DNA of 64,000 bases from Bacteroidales bacterium (GTDB lineage Bacteria; Bacteroidota; Bacteroidia; Bacteroidales; UBA3663): the NCBI GenBank assembly GCA_045600445.1, contig JAZRXZ010000052.1, forward strand, positions 18,771 to 82,770, read 5' to 3'. The notes below the pieces were generated by a model. It worked only from the letters and a program-made list of their open reading frames with translations, did not search any database and was not told the DNA's origin. Every line of letters starts with the position of its first letter. The stretch's first letter is position 1. Positions 42,781 to 51,919 of this stretch are shown here, in pieces. A program made the translations under genes and the position numbers.

Positions 42781-44055
42781 ATGAATATGAAACATCGCCT
42801 CATTGCCATGAACTTTCTGGAGTTCGCGGCATGGGGTTCCTATCTCACATCTATGGGTGCCTACCTTGCTTCGGCAGGGTTAGGCACCGATATTGGTAAT
42901 TACTATGCCCTTCAAGGCGTAGTATCTATTTTTATGCCCGCTATTATGGGCATTGTTGCTGATCGATGGGTACAAGCACAACGTCTGCTGTCGTTCTGTC
43001 ATTTCATGTCGGCATTGTTTATTGGTCTTGCAGCCTATATCGGTCTCTCAGCAGGCGATGGTGCTGTTAATGGTCAAGCTCTGTTCTGGGCATATACTGG
43101 CAGTGTGGCGTTCTATATGCCGACCCTTGCACTGAGTTATTCTGTTGCTTATACAGCGCTTGACAAGGCTGGTCTCGACACCGTCAAGGCTTTTCCTCCA
43201 ATCCGTGTGTTCGGCACCGTAGGCTTCCTTTGTGCAATGTGGCTTGTCGACCTTGCAGGTTGGCAGAATACTCCTGTTCAGTTTGTGCAGTCGGCAGTGA
43301 TCAGTGTGATCATGGCTCTGTACTCATTGACCATGCCTGCTTGTCCAGTAGGTGGTGATAGCCAGAAAAAATCTTTCATCGAAGCATTGGGACTCAAGGC
43401 TTTTGCTCTTTTCAAGCAGAAGCAGATGGCCATCTTCTTTATCTTCTCATTCTTCCTGGGTGTCTGTCTTCAGATTACCAATGGCTATGCTAATCCGTTC
43501 ATTCAGTCATTTGGCGACAATCCAGAGTTCCAAGGACTCTTCTTCGTTGAGCATAGTAATATTCTCATCTCACTTTCTCAGGTGTCTGAGACTTTGTGTA
43601 TCCTTCTTATCCCATTCTTCCTCAAGAAGTATGGCATCAAGATTGTTATGCTTATTGCTATGTTAGCATGGGTGGCACGTTTTGGATTCTTCGGCCTCGG
43701 TGATCCAGGTACTGGAGTATGGCTTTTCATCCTTTCTTGCATCTTCTATGGTGTTGCTTTCGATTTCTTCAATATCTCAGGCTCTCTGTTTGTCAACGAG
43801 AAGACCGATATCTCTATCCGTTCATCTGCACAAGGACTCTTTATGTTAATGACCAATGGTCTCGGTGCTACAGTTGGTTCACTTAGTGCCAAGGCTGTTA
43901 TCAATAATTATGTCTATGCGGATGGTCTTTCTGTAGCTGAACAGGCTTCAGGCTGGCAGACATCCTGGTATATTTTCGCTGCTTATTCACTTGTAATGGC
44001 TATTGCTTTTGCTGTACTTTTCCAGTATAAGCACACGCCAGACAAGTCGAAATAA
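42781..44055 (+). CDS. MFS nucleoside:H+ symporter (NupG/XapB-like)
   Basis: 12-TM MFS protein. The N-terminus RLIAMNFLEFAAWGSYLTSMG is typical of the NHS family. Confidence 0.75.
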   Translation: MNMKHRLIAMNFLEFAAWGSYLTSMGAYLASAGLGTDIGNYYALQGVVSIFMPAIMGIVADRWVQAQRLLSFCHFMSALFIGLAAYIGLSAGDGAVNGQALFWAYTGSVAFYMPTLALSYSVAYTALDKAGLDTVKAFPPIRVFGTVGFLCAMWLVDLAGWQNTPVQFVQSAVISVIMALYSLTMPACPVGGDSQKKSFIEALGLKAFALFKQKQMAIFFIFSFFLGVCLQITNGYANPFIQSFGDNPEFQGLFFVEHSNILISLSQVSETLCILLIPFFLKKYGIKIVMLIAMLAWVARFGFFGLGDPGTGVWLFILSCIFYGVAFDFFNISGSLFVNEKTDISIRSSAQGLFMLMTNGLGATVGSLSAKAVINNYVYADGLSVAEQASGWQTSWYIFAAYSLVMAIAFAVLFQYKHTPDKSK

Positions 44056-44078
44056 TCGGAGGTTCATTTCAGTCCTCC

Positions 44079-44112
44079 ACTAGGTCAAGAAAACCCTATA
44101 AAAAACTTAATG
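44079..44112 (+). promoter_or_regulatory. Candidate preQ1-I riboswitch (translational) in front of queD
   Basis: CUAGGUCAAGAAAACCCUAUAAAAAACUUAAUG aligns in register with the class I aptamers of T. tengcongensis and B. subtilis. Matches are P1 UAGG/CCUA, conserved U after P1, ACCC, an A6 tract and P2 AAG/CUU. The AUG follows directly. Confidence 0.6.
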
Positions 44113-44448
44113 ATGTATTACGTCAAGAAATCAATGGAGATCTCAGGTAGTCACTACCTGAGACTCTCACACCAGAGCAAGTGTGAAAACCTGCATGGTC
44201 ACAACTGGATTGTCACCGTCTATTGCAAGTCTAAAGAACTTGACGAGGATGGTATGGTTGTAGATTTTACAGAGGTAAAACGCTTGGTGCATGGTGTACT
44301 CGATCATCAGGATCTCAATGCTATCCTTCCGTTCAATCCTACAGCAGAAAACATCGCTTACTGGATTTGTGGACGTGTTCCTAATTGCTATAAGGTAGAT
44401 GTGCAGGAGAGCACAGGCAACGTAGCTACCTACGAAAAGGACGAATAA
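44110..44448 (+). CDS. queD: 6-carboxy-5,6,7,8-tetrahydropterin synthase
   Basis: Size of 112 aa, with CENLHGHNW and DHQDLN motifs. Confidence 0.9.
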   Translation: MMYYVKKSMEISGSHYLRLSHQSKCENLHGHNWIVTVYCKSKELDEDGMVVDFTEVKRLVHGVLDHQDLNAILPFNPTAENIAYWICGRVPNCYKVDVQESTGNVATYEKDE

Positions 44449-44449
44449 C

Positions 44450-45055
44450 ATGCGCGTCAACGAGATCTTTTATTCACTGCAAGGCGAGGGCCGATATACC
44501 GGTACACCTGCTGTCTTTGTTCGTCTATCAGGATGCAACATGCGCTGCTGGTTCTGCGATACCGATTTCTCCGCCTATCAGGAAATGTCCGAAGAACAGA
44601 TTGTTGACGAAGTCCTGCGCTATCCTTGCGTTCACGTGGTTATTACTGGTGGTGAACCGACGATACAGTTGACACCCTCACTTGTCGACCTTCTGCACCA
44701 GCATGGCAGGTACGTCATGATGGAGACGAATGGCAGTTTGCCATTGGCAGAAGGCTGTGATGTCGACTGGATTACTTGTTCTCCGAAGCTCGAAGATCTG
44801 GTAAACGGTAATCGTCGCATTAAGACTATTCGTATTCAGCGTATTGATGAACTTAAAGTCGTTTATGAAGGCGATGGTAAGCAGGATATGAGTCTTTACG
44901 AAGCTTTTGAAGCTAAGGAATACCGTTTGCAGCCATGTGATGTCAAGGATTCTAAGCGCAATCAGCAGATTCTTGAACAAACGATCGATTACATCTTACA
45001 TCATCCGAAATGGAAACTATCTCTTCAAACCCACAAGATAATCAACGTCCGATGA
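44450..45055 (+). CDS. queE: 7-carboxy-7-deazaguanine synthase (radical SAM)
   Basis: EIFYSLQGEG and CNMRCWFC (CX3CX2C). Confidence 0.9.
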   Translation: MRVNEIFYSLQGEGRYTGTPAVFVRLSGCNMRCWFCDTDFSAYQEMSEEQIVDEVLRYPCVHVVITGGEPTIQLTPSLVDLLHQHGRYVMMETNGSLPLAEGCDVDWITCSPKLEDLVNGNRRIKTIRIQRIDELKVVYEGDGKQDMSLYEAFEAKEYRLQPCDVKDSKRNQQILEQTIDYILHHPKWKLSLQTHKIINVR

Positions 45056-45630
45056 CACCCGTCTCTGATGAAGAACTCCAGCAGGCTATTGTGACCATTC
45101 TGCGAGCCATCGGAGAGGATCCTACCCGTGAAGGCCTTGTTGGCACTCCTGATCGTATCTGTCGTATGTATAAGGAGTTATTCCGTGGTTATGATTCTGC
45201 ACAGAAACCTAGGATTACCACCTTTGAAAATGACTCTCACAGCACCGAGTTGGTCTTCGATGCGGGTGATTTCTATTCGATGTGCGAGCATCACATGATG
45301 CCCTTCTTTGGTAAATACTACTTTGCATATATGCCTAGCGACGAAGGTCGTATCCTTGGCATCAGCAAGATTGCTCGTGTCGTCGGTTATTGTGCAGCAC
45401 GCCTGCAATTGCAAGAACGTCTTGCACGCGACATCATCGATATGCTTGACGATGCTCTCGACCATGAGGCTCTTGGCTTTGCTATTGTTCTCAAAGGTCA
45501 GCACATGTGCAAGAGCATGCGTGGTGTCAAGAATCCTGGTGCGATGTCTGTTTCTTATTACACAGGTATCTTTAAGCAAGATGCTGCTACTCGCAATGAG
45601 TTCCTGCAGATGATTAAGATGAATGACTGA
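45052..45630 (+). CDS. folE: GTP cyclohydrolase I, divergent paralog linked to queDE
   Basis: [14 protein letters not shown] and HMC motifs. The start is set at the ATGA overlap with the queE stop (MTPVSDEE...) rather than at 45010. Confidence 0.85.
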   Translation: MTPVSDEELQQAIVTILRAIGEDPTREGLVGTPDRICRMYKELFRGYDSAQKPRITTFENDSHSTELVFDAGDFYSMCEHHMMPFFGKYYFAYMPSDEGRILGISKIARVVGYCAARLQLQERLARDIIDMLDDALDHEALGFAIVLKGQHMCKSMRGVKNPGAMSVSYYTGIFKQDAATRNEFLQMIKMND

Positions 45631-48472
45631 TAAGGCCTTATTTTATTCTATGTTTTCTTATTATAAACACACTGTAGCTTTACTAAGCTTTTTATTATTT
45701 GCTTGTTTCACTAAAGTTGTAGGTCAGGATTTGCCGGTTTATGATATAAGCTTTCCTGAACCTACGACGAGTCGAACTGTCCGCCACGTAGAACGCGATG
45801 AAAAAGGGTTCATCTGGATTGCTACGCCTATGGGGGTAGAGCGCTATGATGGAAGAAATTTCATTCCTTATCATCTTTCTGAGTCTCGAGAACGTAGTAT
45901 CACGGAGGGTTTCATGACCAAGATTAAATCTTGTTATGGCACGATATGGACCTCTACTGAGCGTGGTGTAGTTACCAGATATGACTCTTCTGTAGACGGT
46001 TTCCGCTATGCTTTCCGTACCTCAAAGAATGATATTTGGGCCAGTGGTAACTATTTTTTTCCTACTGACTATGGATTTTTAATCGGAACAACAAATGGTC
46101 TTCTTCCTTATTATATAAATGGTGACTCTATTGGCGAGTTCTCTCATACTGAGTTGAACATTAGAAGTATCACAGAACATCCTGACGGTAGACATCTCAT
46201 TATCTGTACGATGAAGGGCCTGTTTACTTATGATCCTACTACAGATGACCTTGAACCATTTTCTTCTATCCGTGCTGAAGTAAATAGAATCTTTGTTGAT
46301 AAACGAAACAAATGTCTTTGGGTAGGAACGCAAGGCTCAGGTCTATATCTCGTCGATTATGAAAATCCGTCAGAGATTCATCATGTTAGTTCTACGGAAA
46401 ACAAGATTTTCAATGTTGTCACTCCATTAAATGATGATATTCTTCTCTTAGGTACGGATGGTGATGGTCTCTTGGCGGCATTCTATGAAAATTTACGTGA
46501 CGATCAAAATCACTTGACTGATTGCAAGTTTCACCTTCTTGCTTCAGAGAGTCCTGCTTCGCCTTGTCGTCTTACTAATTCTGTCGTCGATGACATTGTT
46601 GTCGATGGAGAGAATATTTGGTTGGCGCTTTCTCTTGGTGGTATGGCATTGATGAGACCTGTCAATCAGAAAAACCTTCTCAGAAACCCTGATGCGATTT
46701 CTTACGCTGATGGATTCGCATTTGGTGGCAATGTCGATAAATATGGAGATTATTGGGTAGCTTTCAGTCGTAGTTTGGTCCATTATAAAAAAGATGGTTC
46801 TGATCCAGAAATAATTAGCTATCCAAATATGGGTAATCTCTGTATGATTACTGCTTCTGATGGTACAATCTGGATGGGTGGTTATAATACAGGCTTACAT
46901 CATTATTATCCTGCTAACAAGAAGCATGATTATTATCCTTCAGTCTGTGGACAGTCTGTTATCGATTGTGTCTATGCTATTCATGAAGACGTCAACCATG
47001 ATATTTGGGTTGGAGGAATGAATTTCCCTTTGACCTGTATGCATTTCAAGGCCGATGGTAGCTATGATCCAAAGAGTTATGATATCGCAATGATCAGTGA
47101 CATTGCGGAATTGAATACTGATACATTAGTAGTTACTACCTTTGATAGTTTCTATCTGCTAAATATTCATAGTGGAGAGATGCAACGTCTGCTTACAGGT
47201 TATGACGGTATCTATGAATGGGAAAGTACTAATGCCATGGCTTCTGTAACTACTCGTCATGGTCATGAAATCTGGTTCGCTACCCAAGGAGCAGGTATTG
47301 TGTTCTTTGATGCTCATACTGGCCAGGTTGAAAAGTATGGACTAGATGATGTTTTCCCATCACTAGAGCTTTGTGGCATAGAATTTATCAATGACTCTAT
47401 CTTATGTTGCTCGACCGACCATAACGGACTCTTTACTTTCAATGCTAACACCTGTAAAGCTGTACGTAGCATTAATTATGTCCCATCAGGAAGAAGCAAA
47501 GGTGTCTTCATGCGTGGAGCATCAGGGTCTGACCATAATGGACATCTGATTTTTGGAACGGATAATGGAGCAATCGTAGTGACTGCTGAAGATATCACGG
47601 CACCTCAGGATACATTTAATATCGTTGCCAAAGGTGATAATTATAAGGATGGTTATGTACTCTTGCCTCCTGATTCTCATTCGCTATTTTTGCAATTCAC
47701 TACAACCGATATCTATCATCAAGGAGAATATGCTTTTGAGTATCGCATCAAAGGATTAGTTGACGACTGGCAACCTATCGGCGACACAAGAACACTTCGT
47801 TATCAGCAGATTGATCCAGGTGATTATGTTATTGAAGTACGATCTAACAGTGCATCAAGCTATATCGAAGGTATTGAGATTCCTTTAATTGTTCAGCCTG
47901 TTATTTGGTTACGTTGGTACTTCCTCCTGTTGTATGCAATTTTGATTACTTCGTTCTTGTATTTCCTTTTGCATCATTACCAACTGAAACGATTCTCTGA
48001 GATTGATGGACTTACCGGAATCTACAACCGTTACAGTGGTCAGCGTCGCATTATGGATTTGATCAAATATCATCATGCAGGTGTCTTTGTTCTCGTTGAC
48101 TGTGATCGATTCAAGATTGTCAACGATACCTATGGACATAATACTGGAGATACATTGATCAAGGAGATAGCTAATGCTTTGAAGACTACTTTCCCTGATC
48201 AAATTACCCTGCGACTCGGTGGTGATGAGTTCGCGTTCTTCCTTCAGGGTAATTATACACCAGAAACTCTGCAGCCTGAAATCGATCGTCTTTTTGCTGC
48301 TATCAAAGCTATTCGCATCAACGAGATTCAGGATTATACCGCTTCTATCAGCGCTGGTGCTTCTTTCTATGATGGCACCACAGATCAGTCTTTTGAATAT
48401 CTTTATACTGAGGCAGATAATCGTTTGTACGAAAGCAAGAAGTATAGAAACTTCCATATTACCATGGAGTAA
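45623..48472 (+). CDS. Diguanylate cyclase (GGDEF) with a periplasmic beta-propeller/Y_Y_Y sensor region and one TM helix
   Basis: The C-terminus has DGLTGIYNR...DCDRFKIVNDTYGHNTGD...LRLGGDEFAF. The N-terminal ~700 aa have the repeat-rich propeller/Y_Y_Y look of Bacteroidota hybrid two-component sensors. A signal peptide is present. Confidence 0.8.
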   Translation: MTDKALFYSMFSYYKHTVALLSFLLFACFTKVVGQDLPVYDISFPEPTTSRTVRHVERDEKGFIWIATPMGVERYDGRNFIPYHLSESRERSITEGFMTKIKSCYGTIWTSTERGVVTRYDSSVDGFRYAFRTSKNDIWASGNYFFPTDYGFLIGTTNGLLPYYINGDSIGEFSHTELNIRSITEHPDGRHLIICTMKGLFTYDPTTDDLEPFSSIRAEVNRIFVDKRNKCLWVGTQGSGLYLVDYENPSEIHHVSSTENKIFNVVTPLNDDILLLGTDGDGLLAAFYENLRDDQNHLTDCKFHLLASESPASPCRLTNSVVDDIVVDGENIWLALSLGGMALMRPVNQKNLLRNPDAISYADGFAFGGNVDKYGDYWVAFSRSLVHYKKDGSDPEIISYPNMGNLCMITASDGTIWMGGYNTGLHHYYPANKKHDYYPSVCGQSVIDCVYAIHEDVNHDIWVGGMNFPLTCMHFKADGSYDPKSYDIAMISDIAELNTDTLVVTTFDSFYLLNIHSGEMQRLLTGYDGIYEWESTNAMASVTTRHGHEIWFATQGAGIVFFDAHTGQVEKYGLDDVFPSLELCGIEFINDSILCCSTDHNGLFTFNANTCKAVRSINYVPSGRSKGVFMRGASGSDHNGHLIFGTDNGAIVVTAEDITAPQDTFNIVAKGDNYKDGYVLLPPDSHSLFLQFTTTDIYHQGEYAFEYRIKGLVDDWQPIGDTRTLRYQQIDPGDYVIEVRSNSASSYIEGIEIPLIVQPVIWLRWYFLLLYAILITSFLYFLLHHYQLKRFSEIDGLTGIYNRYSGQRRIMDLIKYHHAGVFVLVDCDRFKIVNDTYGHNTGDTLIKEIANALKTTFPDQITLRLGGDEFAFFLQGNYTPETLQPEIDRLFAAIKAIRINEIQDYTASISAGASFYDGTTDQSFEYLYTEADNRLYESKKYRNFHITME

Positions 48473-48562
48473 TACGGAAGAGATAACAAGATTACATCTC
48501 TATTACTATCATAATAAAGCCTTCCCCGACAATCGAGGAAGGCTTACTAATGTTCGATATTC

Positions 48563-48670
48563 TAATAAATTAGATTTTGGGCAGGATGGAGATCCTTTCA
48601 AATCAAATAAATTAGATTGCGAAAGGATAGAGATCCTTTCAAATCTAATAAATTAGATTGCGAAAGGATT
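48563..48670. repeat. 2.6 tandem copies of a 41-42-bp unit (AATAAATTAGATTGCGAAAGGATAGAGATCCTTTCAAATC). The last copy contains the final codons and stop of the isomerase-like gene
   Basis: Copies at 48563-48604, 48605-48645 and 48646-48670. Each full unit contains the hairpin GAAAGGAT-AGAG-ATCCTTTC. Confidence 0.85.
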
Positions 48671-50140
48671 CTCACCAGGATAGAGCTGACCAGCTGGGAG
48701 AGGAGTATTGATATCCTCTACGCCGAGCATCTTGAGAGCCTCGAAGAGAACCTTACCGCAGTGCTCGAATGCGTATGCTCCGTGGTGTGGGAAACGCTTG
48801 CCAACGAGGACGTGACGATAGAAACGAGCGAAGCCTGGGATAGCGTGGATACCGATGCCACCGAATGAGCATGGATCAACGTCAAGGAACTCACCCTGTG
48901 CGATGTAAGAAACGAGCTTAGCATCAGAGTTAGACTGGATACGGAACATGGTAGACTTGCCTGGCATAATCTGGCCCTCGAGAGTACCCTTGGTGATATC
49001 TGGACTCATGAGACGAGCCTGGATGAGCTGATACTTGATCTTGCAGTCCTTCATGCACTGTGAGCAAGTGTTACCACAGTGGAAGCCCATGTAGAGGTCC
49101 TTGAGGTCTGCACCAGCGAGGTTAGCACCAGCAGGGATAACGTCAGCAGGAACAGAGTTGTTGATATCGAGGAGAGTAGCTGGTTTCTCAGTTGCGCACT
49201 CAGCCATGTACTCAGAGAGAGCACCGTAGAGGTCAACCTCACAAGCTACAGGAATACCACGACCAGTGAGACGAGAGTTAACATAGCAAGGCTCGAACTC
49301 GAAAATAGGCTGCCAAGCTGGCCAGCACTTATTTGCGAATACAGCATACTTAGAACCGCCCTTGTTGCCCTCATACCAATCCATGAGTGTAACCTCAAGC
49401 TGAGCCATCTTGTTGATGATCTCTGGGTATGTGTTACGTGCAGCACCAAGCTCTGCCTCCATGTCCTTAGCTACAGCAGCGATCTCAGCAGCCTTACCTG
49501 GTTTAGCTACGATCTCATCGAATGCCTTCTTGAGGTCGAGCTCAGAGTTCTCCTGTACTTCGATACCCATGTCGTACATTGGCTGGATAGGTGCGTTACA
49601 AGCGAGGAAGTCCCAAGGACGTGGACCGAAGCCGATAACCTTGAGGTTACGAACACCGACAACTACGCGAGCGATGTTACGGAAATCAGCGAGTTCCTTA
49701 ACTGCCTCAGCAGGAGTTACGTTTGGATACTCTGGGATATATACCTTAAGACGACGGAGACCTACGCTATAAGAGAAGTTGAGGACACCACAGAGAGCAT
49801 CACCACGATCATTAGCAAGATTAGACTTGCCTTCCTCCTTTGCAGCAAGAACCATGCAAGGACCACCAAACTTCTGGCAGAACAATGTTGTAGGACCCTC
49901 TGGACCGAAGTTACCGAGGAACATACAAACTGCATTGATACCATTCTCCTTAGCCCAGTCAAGAGCCTTGTATGTATCAACGTCGTTCTCGATTGTTACT
50001 GGACAATCATAAACCTCTGGAAGACCAGCTGCCTTAACCTCTGCCATAACAGCAGCAAGACGAGCCTGAGTAAGGGTAATAGGGAAGCAGTCGCGGCTTA
50101 CGCCAACGATACCAAGCTTCACGGTTGGTTGATTAATCAT
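48653..50140 (-). CDS. L-fucose/L-arabinose isomerase family protein
   Basis: 495 aa. The N-terminal KLGIVGVSRDCFP and overall pattern recall FucI-like isomerases (from memory). GC-rich codon usage is typical of highly expressed genes. Confidence 0.5.
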   Translation of the reverse strand: MINQPTVKLGIVGVSRDCFPITLTQARLAAVMAEVKAAGLPEVYDCPVTIENDVDTYKALDWAKENGINAVCMFLGNFGPEGPTTLFCQKFGGPCMVLAAKEEGKSNLANDRGDALCGVLNFSYSVGLRRLKVYIPEYPNVTPAEAVKELADFRNIARVVVGVRNLKVIGFGPRPWDFLACNAPIQPMYDMGIEVQENSELDLKKAFDEIVAKPGKAAEIAAVAKDMEAELGAARNTYPEIINKMAQLEVTLMDWYEGNKGGSKYAVFANKCWPAWQPIFEFEPCYVNSRLTGRGIPVACEVDLYGALSEYMAECATEKPATLLDINNSVPADVIPAGANLAGADLKDLYMGFHCGNTCSQCMKDCKIKYQLIQARLMSPDITKGTLEGQIMPGKSTMFRIQSNSDAKLVSYIAQGEFLDVDPCSFGGIGIHAIPGFARFYRHVLVGKRFPHHGAYAFEHCGKVLFEALKMLGVEDINTPLPAGQLYPGENPFAI

Positions 50141-50211
50141 GATTTTTTAATTTTTTAAATGGGTAATGTTTATGTTATTTAATTTGTAATCAAAATCTAT
50201 TGATTCACATG

Positions 50212-50219
50212 CAAACATA
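50212..50219 (-). promoter_or_regulatory. -7 box (TATGTTTG) for the isomerase-like gene
   Basis: Exact TAnnTTTG about 72 nt upstream of the ATG at 50140. Confidence 0.5.
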
Positions 50220-50469
50220 AGTACTTTTTTCAAACAAAACAAATTTTTAGGAAGAAATCGGCTGTTTTGATACATTTTTTAAGAAATCTGCATCATTATT
50301 ATCGATTAGATTCAATGGTATTAAATGTTTATATAAAGTTTTATTTAATGAAAAATATCAATTATAAAATATATTTAATGTATAAAACGGTACAAATAGG
50401 AATATAACATAATCTATTAATTTAGAAATTTGAGAATAAATACCAATAGAAAAAATGCTATATTAAAAT

Positions 50470-50850
50470 TCATAAGCCAAGTTTTTCTAATCCTATTTTG
50501 ACATAATCTTGTTCTAAATCATTTGGCTTAAAAATTGAATCACCAAGTTTTATGAGGTCTAAATCAATAGGTACAATTCCTTGCTTTTTAGACTCTATTG
50601 AACGGCCCAAATCAGATTCGAAATGTTTTAGTTTATCTCTTATTTCTAAATATGAAAGCTCGGTTTCACCAATAGCTACTTCATTATAATACTTCTTACC
50701 TACTCCACTTCCTACTCCATCTGTTTCATAGTGATGCGAGAATTGAACATCACCATGAAAAAGGTCTATTAATAAAATCTCTGCCTTGTTAAGATTCAAT
50801 AAAGCTTCAACAAGACAGAGATTAGTTCCTATGCTAATAATGAATTTCAT
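50470..50850 (-). CDS. folK: HPPK (FolK)-like protein, short form (126 aa)
   Basis: It aligns by eye to HPPK blocks: IISIGTNL (IAIGSNL), YETDGVG (YRTPPLG), [13 protein letters not shown]...DLGR and PIDLDLI (LDLDI). The usual C-terminal (V)PHP region was not seen. It overlaps folE by 4 nt. Confidence 0.55.
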   Translation of the reverse strand: MKFIISIGTNLCLVEALLNLNKAEILLIDLFHGDVQFSHHYETDGVGSGVGKKYYNEVAIGETELSYLEIRDKLKHFESDLGRSIESKKQGIVPIDLDLIKLGDSIFKPNDLEQDYVKIGLEKLGL

Positions 50851-51434
50851 TTAGATATCAAGTTAAGGAATTCTTCTCTTGTCTTAATATCAGTGAATGC
50901 ACCAGTAAAGTCACTTGTAGTTGTAGTTGCATTCATTTTCTGAACTCCTCGCATTTGCATACATAGATGACTTGCTTCGACAACAACCATTACTCCAAGC
51001 GGATGCAAAGTTTCTTGTATACATTCTTTTATCTGTAAAGTCAATCTTTCCTGGACCTGAAGTCGACGTGCAAAAACTTCTACAACACGAGGTATCTTAC
51101 TAAGTCCTACAATATATTTATTCGGAATATAAGCGACATGAACTTTTCCAAAGAAAGGCAACATATGGTGTTCGCACATGCTATAGAAATCTATATCTTT
51201 TACGATAACCATTTGTTGGTAATCCTCACGGAACATAGCCGAACGAAGTATCTCACATGGATCTTGAGCATATCCCTGAGTAAGGAACTGAAGAGACTTA
51301 GCAACCCTCATAGGAGTTTTGATTAATCCCTCACGATCCTTATCTTCGCCAACAAACTCAAGCATCTGTGAAACATTGTCAGCCATTCTTTCGAGTAATT
51401 CCTCCTTATTTACCATCTTATCTGTTAATTTCAA
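50847..51434 (-). CDS. folE: GTP cyclohydrolase I (canonical housekeeping type)
   Basis: [22 protein letters not shown] and [15 protein letters not shown]. Confidence 0.9.
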   Translation of the reverse strand: MKLTDKMVNKEELLERMADNVSQMLEFVGEDKDREGLIKTPMRVAKSLQFLTQGYAQDPCEILRSAMFREDYQQMVIVKDIDFYSMCEHHMLPFFGKVHVAYIPNKYIVGLSKIPRVVEVFARRLQVQERLTLQIKECIQETLHPLGVMVVVEASHLCMQMRGVQKMNATTTTSDFTGAFTDIKTREEFLNLISK

Positions 51435-51912
51435 TTTCGTCTTTAATCACAAACATTTCACGGCCATATTCTGGGAATTTCTTCTTCAATTCTCTAAGAG
51501 TAGTAATCGCCTCTTCATTAGTTGTGAAATTTCCTAAAAGTAAGCGCCAGTTTGGAGACTTAAAAATAACATAAGTTGAAAGATCTGGATATACATCTTT
51601 GATATCCTTTTCTATCTTATAGGCTCTGTTTTTTGAAGTAACTTGATTGTTACCTGAAAAAGCTCTGATTCTAAATCCATTTGATATTATTACATCAGAA
51701 CCTTTTCCTTTCCTCGAATTAGCATAATATGCTTTAGGATGATATGAGATTAGATCTTCAAGACGTGAATCTTGATAAACTGCGACTTTGCCTGAACTGC
51801 GCAAGTGTGTTGAGATTGAGACAAGCGTAGTTGTGCTGTCAGTTGGAAGTAACTGAGCTTTTAAAGAAATAACTGAGCAAAAAAACAATAAAAGCAATAT
51901 ACGAATTCTCAT
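51418..51912 (-). CDS. SPOR-domain protein
   Basis: Signal peptide [20 protein letters not shown] and a C-terminal SPOR domain ([10 protein letters not shown]...[14 protein letters not shown]). The start is trimmed from 52026 because the longer ORF runs into tpiA and its terminator. Confidence 0.8.
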   Translation of the reverse strand: MRIRILLLLFFCSVISLKAQLLPTDSTTTLVSISTHLRSSGKVAVYQDSRLEDLISYHPKAYYANSRKGKGSDVIISNGFRIRAFSGNNQVTSKNRAYKIEKDIKDVYPDLSTYVIFKSPNWRLLLGNFTTNEEAITTLRELKKKFPEYGREMFVIKDEIEINR

Positions 51913-51919
51913 ATCAATA

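Noticed and set aside
45010-45051. Upstream start for folE overlapping queE by 46 nt
   Set aside because: The ATG at 45052 forms a classic ATGA stop/start overlap with queE, and the 14 extra residues have no counterpart in FolE.
44110-45630. queD-queE-folE as part of a dpd-type 7-deazaguanine DNA-modification/restriction island
   Set aside because: No DpdA/TGT-like, queC, helicase or nuclease genes are adjacent. A preQ1-type riboswitch candidate points to ordinary queuosine precursor synthesis.
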